From positions 1-25,135 of the IMG/VR virus record IMGVR_UViG_3300036773_000257: DNA of 25,135 nt, one strand, 5' to 3'. Positions 17,011 to 24,276 of this stretch are shown piece by piece; positions within the stretch are counted from its first letter, which is position 1; every line of letters starts with the position of its first letter. The position numbers and the translations under genes were made by a program. Source of the DNA: a virus. Its lineage: Duplodnaviria > Caudoviricetes. The notes beneath the pieces were generated by a model. That model was not told the DNA's origin. It searched no databases and saw only the letters and a list, made by a program, of their open reading frames with translations.

Positions 17011-18675
17011 TTACCAGGAAGCGTACGTTGAACGCTTGCGCTTCTTTTCAGGCTCGGTTGGCGTGTTACGCAAATACTCCGTGCGCGCCATATCAGCGAG
17101 CATCAAAGCAGCGTATGCATCAACCTTGCGCTGTGAGTGCTTAGTGGCCTTGCCGAATGACAGGCCGAAACGGTTCAAGCGGCGATGGGCGTTGAGGGCA
17201 TGTCGACGGAGCGTCGAATCACCATTGTGCTTAAGCTCGCCGTTCTCGATTGCGGAAACTAGAGACTCATGCGCGACTGTGAATCGACGCTGCTGAGTAC
17301 GCATGTCTGCGGCTACGACGTTGTTACCGTCAAACTTCGCAGTCAAGCGCTGGCCATATTCACGTTCCCAACGTTCGACGTGACCTTGAATAGGGTTCAC
17401 ATCGGAGAAGAAGCCCACGACGCTGTACTTACTGAACGCCTGCTCAATCGCGTGGTCGAACTTGCCGACATCGACGCGCCACGTTTCATCTGCATTGGCC
17501 GGGCGTTCCACGATTAGAAGTGGGAACGCGGCACGGTCACTAGTACGGATCGCAACGAGCGCTGAAGCGTCATCAGACGTTGAAACATCCAAGCCGAGTG
17601 TGATGGTGTCACCTTCGACTAGAGCAAGCTCAGCGACCTTCAGAGCGTCCCACGTGAGCGCGTCATACAGCGCTTCGTCAGGTGCCGCGTTGATGTTCAG
17701 CTCGAAGCGCATTGTGTTCTCAATGAGAGTGCGCTTAGAGAGTGCCACGGCTAGCTTGCGATCGATGTCCAACCAGTGAGCGTCACCAGCTGCTTGTTCG
17801 ATCCCGTAACGCAGTGAGTCAGGATCACTAGGGTTTGTGTCAGCCGGCGCGCTGAGTGAGTCGTAGTTCAGACCCGTATCAATCGCCCGACCCTCTTGAA
17901 TAGACACGTAATCATCGTGCACGGCTTCGAGCACACTGCCTTCACCAACAGCGAAAGCGTTGCTGCTCAGAAGAATGCGCGTGCCTGGAATCTTGGCAGC
18001 ACCACGTTCCATTGCGCCGAACATCTCGTTGCCGTGACTGGCAGGTACCCACAATCCGGCTTCTGTACCTGTGAGAGCTGTTGGGCGCATGCCTTCAATG
18101 CGGCGTGGTTGAGATGTGACGGCTTCCATGCGCCCGCCATTGGCCGTGTAAGTCAATTCCTTACCGAGGTCAATGCCAAAGTGCTCAATGGCTTCGTCGG
18201 ACAAGATCTGTGTGAAGTATCCATAGGTCGATGTCGTGGCTTCAAGAGAAGTGGCGGCAACAACTACCCAAGGCTCACGTACAGGTCGGACACCGATAGT
18301 GCCGTCGTCACGGCGAAATGGTCGAGCGTTACCGCACAACTCAAATAGCGCGAAGATGGCCTGAATTAGATCCTTGCCAGTGCCCTTGATACGGACGATA
18401 GTTGTCAGTGGGAAGCTGAAGGATAGAGTTTCAGGATCGATGGCGCTCGCCCACAGGATCATTCGAATCTGTTCAGGCGTAAGCTTCATAGGCTCACCAT
18501 TTAGACGGAGCCAGGTTTCAGCGAAGTGGACCATTGACCAGCCCACAACTTCGCTCAAGCCAAGGTCTTCAGGGAGAACCCAACGCGAGCGCCCGTTAGC
18601 CGTTGGGATTCGAGTCCACGTGAAGCCTGTGGAGTTACGCGTTCGGTAGGCGTTCTTCGGAAGGGCATACTTCAT
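17011..18675 (-). CDS. terL: Terminase large subunit
   Basis: LTPEQ Q-motif, Walker A RIKGTGKD, AATSLE, EG.RPT, SNAF; RNase H-like nuclease LGLDVS..DD and KVDA. Confidence 0.93.
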   Translation of the reverse strand: MKYALPKNAYRTRNSTGFTWTRIPTANGRSRWVLPEDLGLSEVVGWSMVHFAETWLRLNGEPMKLTPEQIRMILWASAIDPETLSFSFPLTTIVRIKGTGKDLIQAIFALFELCGNARPFRRDDGTIGVRPVREPWVVVAATSLEATTSTYGYFTQILSDEAIEHFGIDLGKELTYTANGGRMEAVTSQPRRIEGMRPTALTGTEAGLWVPASHGNEMFGAMERGAAKIPGTRILLSSNAFAVGEGSVLEAVHDDYVSIQEGRAIDTGLNYDSLSAPADTNPSDPDSLRYGIEQAAGDAHWLDIDRKLAVALSKRTLIENTMRFELNINAAPDEALYDALTWDALKVAELALVEGDTITLGLDVSTSDDASALVAIRTSDRAAFPLLIVERPANADETWRVDVGKFDHAIEQAFSKYSVVGFFSDVNPIQGHVERWEREYGQRLTAKFDGNNVVAADMRTQQRRFTVAHESLVSAIENGELKHNGDSTLRRHALNAHRRLNRFGLSFGKATKHSQRKVDAYAALMLADMARTEYLRNTPTEPEKKRKRSTYASW

Positions 18676-18772
18676 CGTTCTGCCCTCCCATCAAGGGATC
18701 AACGTCTTCATTTTCAAGATCTGCGAGACAGCCAAATGGACAATAAGTATCGGGGCAATTGCAGGCACTCAT
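18635..18772 (-). CDS. Putative 45-aa Cys-rich acidic micro-protein
   Basis: Hand-translated MSACNCPDTYCPFGCLADLENEDVDPLMGGQNDEVCPSEERLPNA; ATGA overlap with the TerS stop. Confidence 0.45.
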   Translation of the reverse strand: MSACNCPDTYCPFGCLADLENEDVDPLMGGQNDEVCPSEERLPNA

Positions 18773-19197
18773 TCGTCAGTGCCGTGCATCAACTGTTCAC
18801 GGCGATCAACGATGTCGAGTACAGGTGCAATCTTCTGCTCATCACTGCGGGCGATTTCAATACGCAGCTTCCTGCGGGCGCCTTCAGTCGTGAGGAAGTC
18901 ATTCATGGCAGCGAACAATGGTCCGATGGCATTTGCTACGGCACCACCAGGACGTGACAGCTGCTCGCTGACGAGGTGCGTGACAATGCGTGCCTGTGCT
19001 ACGTCGTTGTTGTCGTAGTACACAGACGTCGCTGACTTTGCCAGGCTCAAATACCATTCAGTGGCTAGCGGGTGCCAAGCTGCATCAGGAGCCGGCCAAC
19101 TGACATCTTCCGTGCGGTCAGCATTCTCGATAGGAATCTCAGGCTTATTCGTGCGTCGCCTTTGATCGCTGCGCTTAGGCATTGGTCCGGGCATCAA
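18769..19197 (-). CDS. terS: Terminase small subunit
   Basis: PGP.PKRSDQRRR.N...P....WHP.A..WY.SL..S and TEGARRKLRIE motifs of actinophage TerS; upstream of TerL. Confidence 0.85.
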   Translation of the reverse strand: MMPGPMPKRSDQRRRTNKPEIPIENADRTEDVSWPAPDAAWHPLATEWYLSLAKSATSVYYDNNDVAQARIVTHLVSEQLSRPGGAVANAIGPLFAAMNDFLTTEGARRKLRIEIARSDEQKIAPVLDIVDRREQLMHGTDE

Positions 19198-19211
19198 GCC
19201 TCCAAAGTTTG

Positions 19212-19745
19212 TTAGGCGACTCGTGCGCCCTTTCGTGCGTTACATCCTTGGTGCGCTAGCTGAAGATTGTCAGCTTCATGTTTGCCGCCAAGAGCGATCG
19301 CTAGAATGTGGTCGATAGTCGCGCCATCACGTGAGCGGCGCGAAGCTTTAGGATCAATGGGATGGTCGCAGAGTGCACAAACCCAACCATCACGTTCTGC
19401 AAGGTCTTCAGGAGCCATACGGCAACCTGACTTCTCACCATTACGACGGTTAGCATAACGCTGCGCTTGTTCGCCTTTGCCTGACCCGTTGTGGTATCGG
19501 TTGAGCTTCTTGCAGTTATCCGCACAGAACCGCGATAGGTTTGTTTTACCGACGTACGTTTTACCGCAGTAGTCGCAGTCTCGGATATGAACACGGCGTG
19601 ATGGGTAGTAGAGCGCGTCTCCACGCGCAAGCTTTCGAGCGTCAGCGGCACGTGCCCTGCAATTCTGAGTGCAGTATGTGGCAGGCGGTCCGCCACCCTT
19701 GCGGCGCTCAAATTCAATACCGCAATGTTCGCAGGTCAAAGTCAT
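19212..19745 (-). CDS. HNH endonuclease with two N-terminal Cys4 zinc-finger-like motifs
   Basis: CEHC..YC..NC, CDYC..FC..NC, ERDGWVCALC...TIDHI...GG.H...NLQLAH..CN. Confidence 0.9.
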   Translation of the reverse strand: MTLTCEHCGIEFERRKGGGPPATYCTQNCRARAADARKLARGDALYYPSRRVHIRDCDYCGKTYVGKTNLSRFCADNCKKLNRYHNGSGKGEQAQRYANRRNGEKSGCRMAPEDLAERDGWVCALCDHPIDPKASRRSRDGATIDHILAIALGGKHEADNLQLAHQGCNARKGARVA

Positions 19746-19882
19746 TTAGTGCGCCTTTCGTGAACGGCGCGTTGTTCATGGCTTCAACACTGTCCGTGAG
19801 TCTGTATCCCGTAGAGCTGTCGTGCGGTCATGACGCTCCGTACAGCTGAAGGTGAGGAGGGGAGGGTCAGACGGGGTGAGTG

Positions 19883-20140
19883 CTACTCATCATCGTCGAA
19901 GAGAGCAGCGGACTCGCCTAGTAGTTCGAATACGCGTTCATGCACGTTTGAAAGTGCTTCAGTGAACGTGGTAGCTCCTGCTACTGCAATACGCGAGTAA
20001 GGTGACATTGTCTGACGCACTTCAACTGTGTAACCAAGATTGTCGACGTGCGGACGAATGAGGATCGTGATTCCATCTTCAAACTCTGACGTGAGATCAT
20101 CGACGAGCGCACTACTGAAATCGAACAGTTCGTCACTCAT
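19883..20140 (-). CDS. Small acidic hypothetical protein
   Basis: ATG 20140 overlaps the end of the VRR-NUC gene; 85 aa. Confidence 0.6.
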   Translation of the reverse strand: MSDELFDFSSALVDDLTSEFEDGITILIRPHVDNLGYTVEVRQTMSPYSRIAVAGATTFTEALSNVHERVFELLGESAALFDDDE

Positions 20141-20483
20141 CGCTGTCACCTGCCAATGTTTGAAGGATGGCAGCCCAATTACTAGGTCGCCAGATGTATC
20201 CGTGCTCACCAGCAGCACTCACCCATTCCTCTTGTCCAGGTCGGAAGCGGCCCTTCTCAGTTTTCAATTCAACTAGGAGAAGGACGCCATCACGCGCTAG
20301 GACAAGATCAGGGAAACCGGGAGTGCCTTGTGTCGGTGTGCGCCAGGAGCCGCGTGTAAAGACAGCAGGGACATGCATGAACTGCCATCCATAAGCAAGG
20401 GCGACGCGTAGAACCTGTGCTTGGAACGAGCGTTCCGAGATATCAAGAGGAGGGGCCGTCAGGTCGTCTGTAGCAATCTGCAT
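20133..20483 (-). CDS. VRR-NUC domain nuclease (PD-(D/E)XK)
   Basis: SE..FQ..V, PGFPDL, VELK...GR....Q..W, IWRP. Confidence 0.9.
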   Translation of the reverse strand: MQIATDDLTAPPLDISERSFQAQVLRVALAYGWQFMHVPAVFTRGSWRTPTQGTPGFPDLVLARDGVLLLVELKTEKGRFRPGQEEWVSAAGEHGYIWRPSNWAAILQTLAGDSDE

Positions 20484-20660
20484 GACGGCCCCCTCTGAAG
20501 GATTAGAGACACAACAACACCTGTCATTCGCCAGGAGAAGTAACGAATGACAGGTGTTGTGTGTTTGCTCGGAGCGCTGCGAATGAGCGCGTCAACGAGC
20601 TGTGCTGTTGAGACATGACAGCACATGACGTAGGAAAGGAATAGTAAACTACGTCATTAG

Positions 20661-20735
20661 TCAGCCTAGACAGATTCGAACTGTCGACTTCTGCACCCCA
20701 GATGCAGCGCTCTAAACCTACTGAGCTATAGGCTT
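20661..20735 (-). tRNA. tRNA-Pro(TGG), atypical
   Basis: Cloverleaf: AAGCCTA/TAGGCTG acceptor, GCTC/GAGC D-stem, CTGCA/TGCAG anticodon stem with loop TC-TGG-GG, GACAG-TTCGAAT-CTGTC T-arm; G72/A73; A1:G72 mismatch, C33, no encoded CCA. Confidence 0.78.
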
Positions 20736-20826
20736 CCACGTGTTCAATTGCATGATGTGTGCAGTGCAGATGAACACGCCTTGCAATTGAACAGCGCGCC
20801 GTATTAATAGCCCGACGCAGGCAATG

Positions 20827-20898
20827 TACCCCCACAGCGAATCGAACGCTGATTGTCGCGGTGAAAACGCGATGTCCTTACCGTTGAACGATAGGGGC
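20827..20898 (-). tRNA. tRNA-Glu(TTC)
   Basis: GCCCCTA/TGGGGGT acceptor, GTTC/GGAC D-stem, TCGCG-TT TTC AC-CGCGA anticodon arm, CAGCG-TTCGATT-CGCTG T-arm; no encoded CCA. Confidence 0.92.
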
Positions 20899-21033
20899 TT
20901 AAGATTCGAAAGGCCCCACCTGCCACGGTATGAGCACATGACAGGTGGGGTTACCTCTTTTGGAAAGCGGCGAAGTACACATCTATAGTTCAGGTACTTG
21001 CAGGCTCATCCGATAGGGTAAATAAATACCCCT

Positions 21034-21047
21034 TCACTATTAGTGGT
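21034..21047. repeat. 14-bp direct repeat TCACTATTAGTGGT, copy 1
   Basis: Identical to 21751-21764; core CACTA-T-TAGTG is palindromic. Confidence 0.8.
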
Positions 21048-21688
21048 CAATCGTCAAGATCTTCAACAACGTTGCCCAAATCGATCTCGCGTTCAAGAAC
21101 AATTCGGAGTGCTTCAAATGCGATTTCTCGATTGCCACGCGATAGATTACAAGGGGCACACGAGACAGCAACGTTGAGACGCACGTCTCCCCAACAGGGC
21201 GACCAAATGTGTTCGTATGCAATTGGCATAAGGTGGTCCAGGTGCATCTCATCGTACAAGACATCTATGCCACAATGAATACAAGTTCCATTATCGCGTT
21301 CGTAAATACTGGTGCGAGAGTACAACTCAGTGTTTGCCGAACGTTCGCGTGCACGGCGACGCTGCCTAGACTCACGGTAAGCGTCTTTGTTGTTCTGGTA
21401 ATGCGCTCGAATGATCGCGCGGTACGTATCTCGTCGCGTGTCTCGATATGCCTTCTCACGAGCACGCTTCTCTTCAGGGGTCAGTAATTGGCGCGGCTCC
21501 TGTGTCTTCTGCCGTGCTGTATTGTCGCAATCCTTGCAGAGCTGTGCGCGTCCAAATTTGGACGTAGGATGCTTCCTCAATTCGTGCAATGGCTTCGGGA
21601 TTCCACAAACACGGCAACACCTGCTCACGCCGTCGATAGGTTTAGTCATCGCGATAAGGTCGGCGAAGGACGGCATGTCTTGACTCAC
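21047..21688 (-). CDS. HNH endonuclease (homing-endonuclease-like, N-terminal Cys4 motif and basic helix)
   Basis: CRVC...CKDC, basic helix, ERDNGTCIHC...HLDH...NVAVSCAPCN; GTG 21688 has SD GGAG. Confidence 0.88.
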   Translation of the reverse strand: MSQDMPSFADLIAMTKPIDGVSRCCRVCGIPKPLHELRKHPTSKFGRAQLCKDCDNTARQKTQEPRQLLTPEEKRAREKAYRDTRRDTYRAIIRAHYQNNKDAYRESRQRRRARERSANTELYSRTSIYERDNGTCIHCGIDVLYDEMHLDHLMPIAYEHIWSPCWGDVRLNVAVSCAPCNLSRGNREIAFEALRIVLEREIDLGNVVEDLDD

Positions 21689-21750
21689 GGTTTTCTCCAA
21701 ATGATTTGGTGAGGGATAACCCCTCAGTAGAAGACTACATATATGTTCTC

Positions 21751-21764
21751 TCACTATTAGTGGT
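21751..21764. repeat. 14-bp direct repeat TCACTATTAGTGGT, copy 2
   Basis: Identical to 21034-21047. Confidence 0.8.
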
Positions 21765-21775
21765 GAAGCGCACAG

Positions 21776-21809
21776 AAAAGCCCCGCCAATCAAATATGAA
21801 AGGCGGGGC
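21776..21809 (-). terminator. Intrinsic terminator after the HTH gene
   Basis: 8-bp GC stem GCCCCGCC / GGCGGGGC followed by TTTTCT on the minus strand. Confidence 0.72.
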
Positions 21810-21826
21810 CGGCGAACTGCTGTGAT

Positions 21827-22324
21827 TTAGTTGGTTGCGTTCGTTAGAACCTTCTGACGGACATTCGAGAGATGCATACGTACACTGCCGCTGTTCATAC
21901 CCAGACGTTCGCCTACGCGCTTTGCGTACCCATATGACGAGCCGTGGTCGGCAACAGCATCAATAACGCTCCACTCAGCGTCGGTTAGCGTGACACTCTG
22001 CAATTGCGCAATGTCGCGTAGGTCTGCGTCTTCGTCAATCGAAAGGTCAGGCATGTTCTCGATGTACTGCCATCCCTCATCGTTTAGCAACAAGACACGG
22101 TCTCCGTCAGCGTCCCACATATCGCCTTCAGGAGACCTGCCGAACACATCATCAGCGGTTGCTGTCATAGGGTCTAGAGTCTTCTCTGAGCATACTTCGG
22201 CCCAACCTTCCCCGTAAGGTAGTCGAAGAACCTGGCGCTCTAGGAATCGTGGTGTTAGGACGTACGTGCCGTCGTCATGCTTGGGGCTGTTGGCGGACAT
22301 TGTGTCATGAAGGATGGTCTGCAT
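21827..22324 (-). CDS. Putative transcriptional regulator with C-terminal sigma-region-4/LuxR-like HTH
   Basis: LTDAEWSVI...AKRVGERLGMNSGSVRMHLSNVRQKV; SD GGAG; lies at the head of the late module. Confidence 0.7.
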   Translation of the reverse strand: MQTILHDTMSANSPKHDDGTYVLTPRFLERQVLRLPYGEGWAEVCSEKTLDPMTATADDVFGRSPEGDMWDADGDRVLLLNDEGWQYIENMPDLSIDEDADLRDIAQLQSVTLTDAEWSVIDAVADHGSSYGYAKRVGERLGMNSGSVRMHLSNVRQKVLTNATN

Positions 22325-22352
22325 TTTGTCTCCAGATTTGTTACAAGTTCGA

Positions 22353-22460
22353 AATGTTCCAGCTGTGCCACCCTAATCCATTAAGTCTCTAGGAGTGCCT
22401 GTTATCGATAACAGACCTCTCTAGGGACGGAACGAAATAGGTTGGCACACCTGGAACATT
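22353..22460. repeat. 108-bp imperfect palindrome, copy 2 (reverse complement of copy 1)
   Basis: Reverse complement differs from 1620-1727 at 5 positions; central palindrome CTGTTATCGATAACAG with axis 22406/22407. Confidence 0.97.
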
Positions 22461-22509
22461 TTTGGTTTTGAGCGCTAGTTGTCAGCGCTCTGTGGCCGTA
22501 CGGCTACGC

Positions 22510-24261
22510 TCAGAAAGTTTCAGCAGTCACATCGTTGAGAGCTTCACGTGTAATGGCGTCACCCTCGGGAACAATGCGTACACCACGGAATCCACGTGCC
22601 AAGGCACCAGACTTGTGAGTCGTGTTCTGCGTGATGTTCGATGCACTACGGCGCATGTTCTTTGTTACGCGGAAACGCTCAGCTGTCAGAAGCGAAGTGA
22701 ACCCTGCGGCGAGTGCACTGTTGGAGAGACGTTCCTTCAACGTGTTGGCGTTGATAGGGCGCTTGCCTAGTGCCTGAGCAAAGTCGTTGTACGCCGCTAG
22801 CATGTCCTCGGTTGTCACGTACCATTCGCCGTGGAAGTCCTCAGAGGGAGCATCAGTCAAACGATCCTCAACGAACTGCAACATCAAGTCCGCGCTGCGC
22901 CTCCACTGCTGTGTAAGACCCTGAATCTCATCAGGTAGGGCAGGCGCTTCACCCTCGCGGGCAAGGACGCGTGTCGCACCTTCAACCATCCAAGCAAGTG
23001 CAGCTTCCCAAACGTCATCCAACCCATTCTCAGCAGCTTCCTTCACTCGAAGGTCGCCCTTACGCTCATTAGGATGCGTAGGGTTGTCATTGAAGGTGAA
23101 CGGGAAAGGTACGGCGAGCAAGCGACGCCATGTTCCGTGATCGGTCTGAGCGACAGAAGGGAGCGTGTTAGTGGAAATGAACAGAGTGTGTGTTGCGCGG
23201 AAAGCGATGTCATCAGAACGCATACGGCGTCCGGTGACGATAGGCGTTCCGACAACACCCTTGATCGCTGTAGCGTCAAGGTGTCCATCGTCGGGCAGCT
23301 CCTCCAACACAGCACAGCGAGCGCCTTGCAAAGTCATACGCTCAGTCGGAACGTGATCCACTCCGCCCATCAATGCACGCTTATCCAAGACCACGTAGAA
23401 CTCTCCTAGCGCGCCCTGTACCGCAGCGAGCAAGGTGCTCTTGGCGTTACTGCCACCACCATGCAGCAAGGTCATGTGATCCAGTCCCGCATATCCTGTT
23501 GTAGCAGAACCGAACTGCTCCTGAAGCCACGGGCGCACATTCTCAGGTACAGCGTCTAGAGCCTGATCGAAACGTGGGGACGTGAAGCCTTCGTGATATT
23601 CAACAGCAGAGATCTTCGTGAACAAATATGCAGGGTCATGAGGGAGAAGCTCGCCTGTACGAAGGTCAACCACACCGTTTCCCACGTTCAGCAAGTCCTT
23701 GTGGGGGTCGAAAGCCTTCATGTCTACCAGAAGCTCAGGGAACTCCTGCAATGATTCCATTACAAGCTTGAACTCTCGAAGGTCTTCCAAAGACTTCCAC
23801 TGAGCAAGTCCCTGCTGTGCGTGATGTACTTCATTTGAAAGCTGTTCCCAGACGCCATACTGCACGTTGTCCATCACCTTACGAATAACCTTGTCCCATG
23901 AAAGGTCACGCCCGTTAGGTCCCTTGAACGGGTCCTTCACGAAAGCGTCCGATCCACGCGACTCATCACGCTGCTTCTCCAACTTAGCGCGGTAGGGAGC
24001 TTCGAAGTCCTCAAGCTCCTCTACCAAAGGCTCAAGATCCTGTAGAGCCTGCTGCTGTCGCTCTACGATAAGGGAGCGCACAATCATACGTGCCCTCTCT
24101 GTGGCGTTCTCGCCATACCTCCAACGTCCGGAGTCGTAAGCAATCCAGCCAAGTTCACTGTTGAATCGGAGGTTGCCATTTACGTCATGTGCTAGGTTTT
24201 CAGCGGCGGAGTAATGCGTCACGCGTGAGGTTTCTGCGTGGCGTGTTAGGGTTGAAGTCAT
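22510..24261 (-). CDS. P4-alpha/D5-like SF3 DNA helicase (D5_N + SF3 ATPase + C-terminal winged helix); no primase domain apparent
   Basis: D5_N FD....LLN..NGVVDLRTGEL.PHDP....TK; Walker A GGGSNAKST; Walker B AVLEE; motif C STN..P...DHGTWRRL..VPF. Confidence 0.88.
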   Translation of the reverse strand: MTSTLTRHAETSRVTHYSAAENLAHDVNGNLRFNSELGWIAYDSGRWRYGENATERARMIVRSLIVERQQQALQDLEPLVEELEDFEAPYRAKLEKQRDESRGSDAFVKDPFKGPNGRDLSWDKVIRKVMDNVQYGVWEQLSNEVHHAQQGLAQWKSLEDLREFKLVMESLQEFPELLVDMKAFDPHKDLLNVGNGVVDLRTGELLPHDPAYLFTKISAVEYHEGFTSPRFDQALDAVPENVRPWLQEQFGSATTGYAGLDHMTLLHGGGSNAKSTLLAAVQGALGEFYVVLDKRALMGGVDHVPTERMTLQGARCAVLEELPDDGHLDATAIKGVVGTPIVTGRRMRSDDIAFRATHTLFISTNTLPSVAQTDHGTWRRLLAVPFPFTFNDNPTHPNERKGDLRVKEAAENGLDDVWEAALAWMVEGATRVLAREGEAPALPDEIQGLTQQWRRSADLMLQFVEDRLTDAPSEDFHGEWYVTTEDMLAAYNDFAQALGKRPINANTLKERLSNSALAAGFTSLLTAERFRVTKNMRRSASNITQNTTHKSGALARGFRGVRIVPEGDAITREALNDVTAETF

Positions 24262-24276
24262 TGTAAAAATCTCCTG

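Noticed and set aside
20524-20939. Minus-strand ORFs 20524-20835 and 20718-20939
   Set aside because: They overlap two well-formed tRNA genes and the hairpin block
20505-21030. CRISPR array or retron msr-msd
   Set aside because: The hairpins differ in sequence, there is no repeat-spacer periodicity, and no cas or reverse transcriptase gene is present
21689-21793. N-terminal extension of the HNH ORF in the supplied track
   Set aside because: It spans the terminator and 14-bp repeat; GTG 21688 has a good SD
1620-22460. Terminal inverted repeats of a transposon
   Set aside because: No transposase is present and no target-site duplication is visible in the flanks
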